Positions 60,301 through 64,000 of a stretch of DNA of 64,000 bases are shown here, piece after piece; the first letter of the stretch is position 1, and the number at the start of each line of letters is the position of its first letter. The DNA is from Paraspadella gotoi (lineage: Eukaryota > Animalia > Chaetognatha): assembly GCA_051294375.1 (NCBI GenBank), contig CM119263.1, positions 17,694,628 to 17,758,627 on the forward strand. Reading direction: 5' to 3'. The translations under genes were made by a program, and so were the position numbers. Below the pieces are notes generated by a model that made no database searches, was not told the origin of the DNA, and saw nothing but the letters and a program-made list of their open reading frames with translations.

Positions 60301-63300
60301 CTGTTATATTAATAATTCGTTATCGCATGAATCATTCGTTTTTTTGTTTTTTTCCAGATTTTTTCATTAATTTTCTTTGATATTAATGTCTGGCGAGATG
60401 ACTATACTTTTAAAATTTTTATCTTGGGCGTAGATAACCATTTAGTATTGCTTCTTTATGCTATCATTGTCGTTGTCATGCTGTTTTAACATTGAAAATA
60501 GCTCTAGTGTGTAACCATAGGAAGCTGAAAATTTGGATATGGCTTCTCATCATTGAGGGCTTTTAAATTTTTATGTTTCATATTCCTCCACTCATTTATT
60601 TGTTTTATTTACAAAACAATTTTTATATATAGACGAGTTTAGCCCTACATTGGCTGTCCAGCTCTCTCTCTCTCTCTCTCTTTTAAATATATGTTCTTTT
60701 TTTTTTCAATTATAATTGATATCCTTCTTTTTTTTCTATCGCTACTTCTTTTGATTCATATAAAAATGAGTTCAGCTTTGCAGCAGCTATCCAGCGGCTG
60801 TCCAGCTGCTATCTTTTTCTCTCTTTCTCCCTTTTTTTCTCTTTCTCTCGCACACACCTATTTGTTTGTCTTATTTACGATGAATGATTTATCGCATAAA
60901 TGAATGATTATCATTGCATCAATAAATGATTATCATTACGTCAATTAATATCATCGTATCCATCTATATATATCAATAATTCGTTATCACATCATTTTTT
61001 TTTTTTTCATTTTTTTATTAATTTTTTTTAATAGAACGTATGGCGAGAACACTATACTTTTAAGATTTTTAAATTTTTTTTAAGGAAGCGCAACGAAAGA
61101 ACCCAAGAGTCGAAAGCCATCAAGAACTTTCAGCCAGAACATCGACTCCACCGCCAATGGAGATTGTTAAGTTTATTTATCTCGTTACTTTAATGACATA
61201 ATATATTTTCAATAATCTTATAATCAGAATGAGTATTGTGTAATATATTGTTTAATTAATCCTTTCCTTCTAGGCGCCGCAAACTTCAGCCCGATTTTCA
61301 CCGAAAAAACCAAGTCGATTGTGTGGGGGATGCAGACCCGGGCCGTTCAGGGCATGCTCGATTTTGACCACGTTTGCTCGCGGAAAGAACCTTCCGTCGT
61401 TGCTATGGTCTATCCTATGTCCGGCGATCACAAGCAGAAGTTTTACTGGGGCCATAAGGTGTGCGAAGAGAGAAAAACTAAAAAGAAAAGCCCTGATGTC
61501 GAGCAAAAGAGAAACAAAATATATAAATTATAATCTTCACTGTCTTCAACAGGAAATTCTGCTCCCCGTTTATAAAAATATGTCCGACTGTATGAAGAAA
61601 CACCCAGAAGCTGATGTGCTCATCAGCTTCGCGTCCCTCCGCTCGGCCTTCGAATCTACAGTCGAAACTATGACGCACCCTCAAATCCGAACGATCGCTA
61701 TAATTGCTGAAGGCATACCCGAGAATCTCACTCGAAAAATTAACAAAATGGCGGCGGCTAGGGGCGTCTCTATCATTGGTAATTGGGCGTATTCACCATT
61801 ATGTATTAATGTTTCTTCAAAAAATCTAGTAGTTATTGTGACTTATTTTGTCGAAGATAGTATGTTAACACCTCGTTACCCTGTCAGGACCCGCCACCGT
61901 GGGCGGAATCAAACCAGGCGCTTTCAAAATCGGAAATACTGGCGGGATGCTGGACAACATACTCGCTTCCAAACTCTACCGTCCGGGTTCCGTTGCCTAC
62001 GTGTCTCGGTCGGGAGGGATGAGCAACGAGCTGAACAATATTGGTGAGATACAACATTCCTCTCCAAAATACAGATTCAGAAGGCTTCATATTATAAAAT
62101 GTGGTACCCCTTTTTTGTGACCAGAACACGTTCCGAGAAAACTATTGAATAGATTTTAATGAAATTTGGTATGAACGATCCCTATGTGAATACAAATTGA
62201 AATATTGAGGCGAATTTCAATATTTGACCCCTGAGCCATGGGGGCAAAAAATGTTCAAAATTTGTTTTTAATTTTTTATTTTTTTTTGTTTTGAACAGTT
62301 GCCCAGACGTTTACTCTTCCACAAAAATGTATTTATTTCCACAAAAATATTAGTTTACCATAAGTTTCAGCTTTATGAACATCAGCTGTTCAAGTCAGAT
62401 TTGGAATAATTCAGGAAAATTTTGAGAAAACACCGATTAATTAGCAAAAAATTTATTAATTTTAGTTTTAAAAAATACTTTTATATGTTTAAACATCGAT
62501 GAACCTGATTCTACTAAAAAATGATAAAAAATGAAAAACAATTTTTAGCCTTTTTTGGCCCCCCAGGGGTCCAGCCCCAGGGCCCTGTATCTCTTGTCAG
62601 GGGTTGATTATTAAAATTTGCCTCGATAGTTCCATTTATATTGTCATTAGAACTCTAAATGTAAAATTTCATGAAATTTGATCCGGTAGTTTGGTGGGAA
62701 CAGATTCTGGTCACAAAAAAGGGGTACCACATTTTATAATATGAAGCCTTCTGTATTTATTATTTGTTGTTCCGGTATTCAAGTGAGTCGAAACACCAAC
62801 GGGGTCTACGAGGGCGTGGCCATTGGTGGCGATCGCTACCCAGGCTCCGCTTTCATGGACCACATAGTCAGATACAACAGCGACCCTCAATGCAAGATGA
62901 TCGTCGTTCTCGGCGAGGTTGGTGAATACTGAAGAGGGATAGGAGAAGGGGGTTGGGTGTCGATGAATCAAGAAAAAAAAATAAACACAGTATGGCAACA
63001 ACCGGGTTGCCTGTGATGCCTATTGGGATGGGGCATCTCACTGTTGGCTTTGGGTGCTTCCTACCCTCAGGGACGACTCCAGTCACTGGCGCGGTTACCC
63101 TAGGACGGTCTCGCTTTGCCAACGAAGAGGGAAGTCGTTAGGACTGTGGATGGAACACAACGCCTGTGATGGTGTGTTCTCCCTCTGAGCCAATGGTATT
63201 GGCTGAACGATCGTGGATGTGAGGTGGTGTGAATATACCACCACAACTGAAAAATTAAATCGTCATCTTTCGTAATAATAGAGGCCGAATCAGTCTTACT

Positions 63301-64000
63301 ACCCCGAAATAGATTCAAAAAAAGTGTGAAGCCAGGGTTTATACCATATTATTGGGAACGCTGAATTATTAAATATGGGTGTTAGGTTGGTGGCATAGAG
63401 GAGTACGCCATTTGCGATGCCATTGCCTCAAAGCAAATCACGAAACCACTTGTGGCTTGGTGTATCGGCACGTGCGCCACTCTGTTCACGTCGGAGGTTC
63501 AATTTGGACACGCAGGTTCGGTCAATGTAACAAATATGTGATCTGATAAATTTAACTCAAAAACATATTTAACTTAAAGGCTAATTGGTCGATTTAAAAA
63601 TATTTAAGGTTACAAGCTTTATTTCATATCATCTTGATAGGTGCCTGCGCCAATGCGGTTCGCGAAACGGCCGTGGCAAAGAACGCGGCCCTTAAGAAAG
63701 CGGGTGCCCACGTCCCAAACTCGTTTGACGAATTGGGAGAGCTCATTAGGGACGTTTACGAAAGTAATTTTTTCTTTTCTGCAGTCTAAGCATCTCCAGA
63801 CCGTAGGCTCTCCTACTAAAATTTTGTGCTTCGGTGACAGGTCTGGTGGATGCGAAGATTATCGTGCCCCAGCCAGAGGTGCCGCCGCCGACGGTGCCAA
63901 TGGACTACAATTGGGCGCGTGAGTTGGGATTAATTCGTAAACCCGCCTCTTTTATGTCTTCCATCTGCGACGAGCGTGGCCAAGAACTACTTTACGCCGG
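48328..64000 (+). CDS. ACLY: ATP-citrate lyase (single-chain animal type), 3' end outside the window
   Basis: Exons: 48328-48540, 48622-48782, 48925-49069, 49149-49368, 58603-58804, 58889-59096, 59287-59455, 61085-61165, 61274-61458, 61553-61778, 61888-62043, 62784-62917, 63386-63515, 63641-63763, 63841->64000. Motifs: [67 protein letters not shown], catalytic [22 protein letters not shown]. Confidence 0.97.
49459..56608. mobile_element. TIR DNA transposon (TAG...CTA termini, 4-bp TSD) in ACLY intron 4, interrupted by a DIRS element
   Basis: ~130-bp imperfect TIRs (TAGACACATTTTTTTCCGCAACAAATG.. / ..CATTTGTTGCGGAAAAAAATGTGTCTA). TSD ATAA at 49455-49458 and 56609-56612. Coding remnants at 55715-56270 ([13 protein letters not shown]). 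Superfamily uncertain. Confidence 0.78.
50362..55547 (+). mobile_element. DIRS-type tyrosine-recombinase retrotransposon, heavily frameshifted
   Basis: Inverted terminal repeats ~50362-50560 and ~55310-55547. ICR at 51238-51315 is complementary to both outer ends. Plus-strand fragments: RT ([25 protein letters not shown]), RNase H region, methyltransferase-like region (SIDLFAT.., [10 protein letters not shown]), and tyrosine recombinase ([31 protein letters not shown]). Confidence 0.9.
56655..56930 (-). mobile_element. tRNA-derived SINE-like element
   Basis: Minus-strand B-box GGTTCAATCCC at ~56800-56815 with a tRNA-like head. An internally deleted copy lies at 58463-58580. Confidence 0.5.
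57283..58373 (+). mobile_element. HINE/DINE-1-like element, family A, with expanded TTTC microsatellite
   Basis: Same termini as the other family A copies. Pyrimidine microsatellite at ~57850-58250. Confidence 0.65.
59880..61070 (+). mobile_element. Tandem HINE/DINE-1-like elements, family B
   Basis: 5' TTTTATCGCGCCAGACGGGCGAATG.. and two 3' ends of the form GTCTGGCGAGAT..CTATACTTTTAAGATTTT (~60390-60420 and ~61035-61070). Fragments also at ~5492, ~22570, ~26471, ~42095 and ~43283. Confidence 0.6.
62078..62753. mobile_element. MITE with ~49-bp perfect TIRs filling most of an ACLY intron
   Basis: CAGAAGGCTTCATATTATAAAATGTGGTACCCCTTTTTTGTGACCAGAA and its reverse complement at the two ends. 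Confidence 0.8.
62990..63125. repeat. Interspersed repeat shared with ~36598-36705
   Basis: TATGGCAACA-CCGGGTTGCC..CTGTTGGCTTTGGG..CTTCCTACC..AGGACGGTCTC is present at both loci. Confidence 0.6.

Overview
AT-rich, intron-rich eukaryotic DNA, most likely from an invertebrate animal (animal-type multidomain FAS, single-chain ACLY, TTAGGG-like repeats, Penelope-like and DIRS retroelements). Three complete or near-complete lipogenic genes lie in tandem on the + strand with short spacers: type I fatty acid synthase (11563-34128, 19 coding exons), acetoacetyl-CoA synthetase (36365-47050, 13 exons) and ATP-citrate lyase (48328 to beyond the window end, at least 15 exons). Together they look like a metabolic gene cluster for cytosolic acyl-CoA supply and fatty-acid synthesis. 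Introns and intergenic DNA are full of mobile elements. These include a 5'-truncated Penelope-like element and several non-autonomous hairpin derivatives carrying minimal hammerhead ribozymes, a decayed DIRS retrotransposon (nested in a TIR transposon) whose ICR sits near the 5' end inside a putative intron, Helentron/DINE-1-like elements, Tc1/mariner-like MITEs and tRNA-derived SINE remnants. Exon boundaries were read by eye from GT-AG sites and reading-frame continuity.
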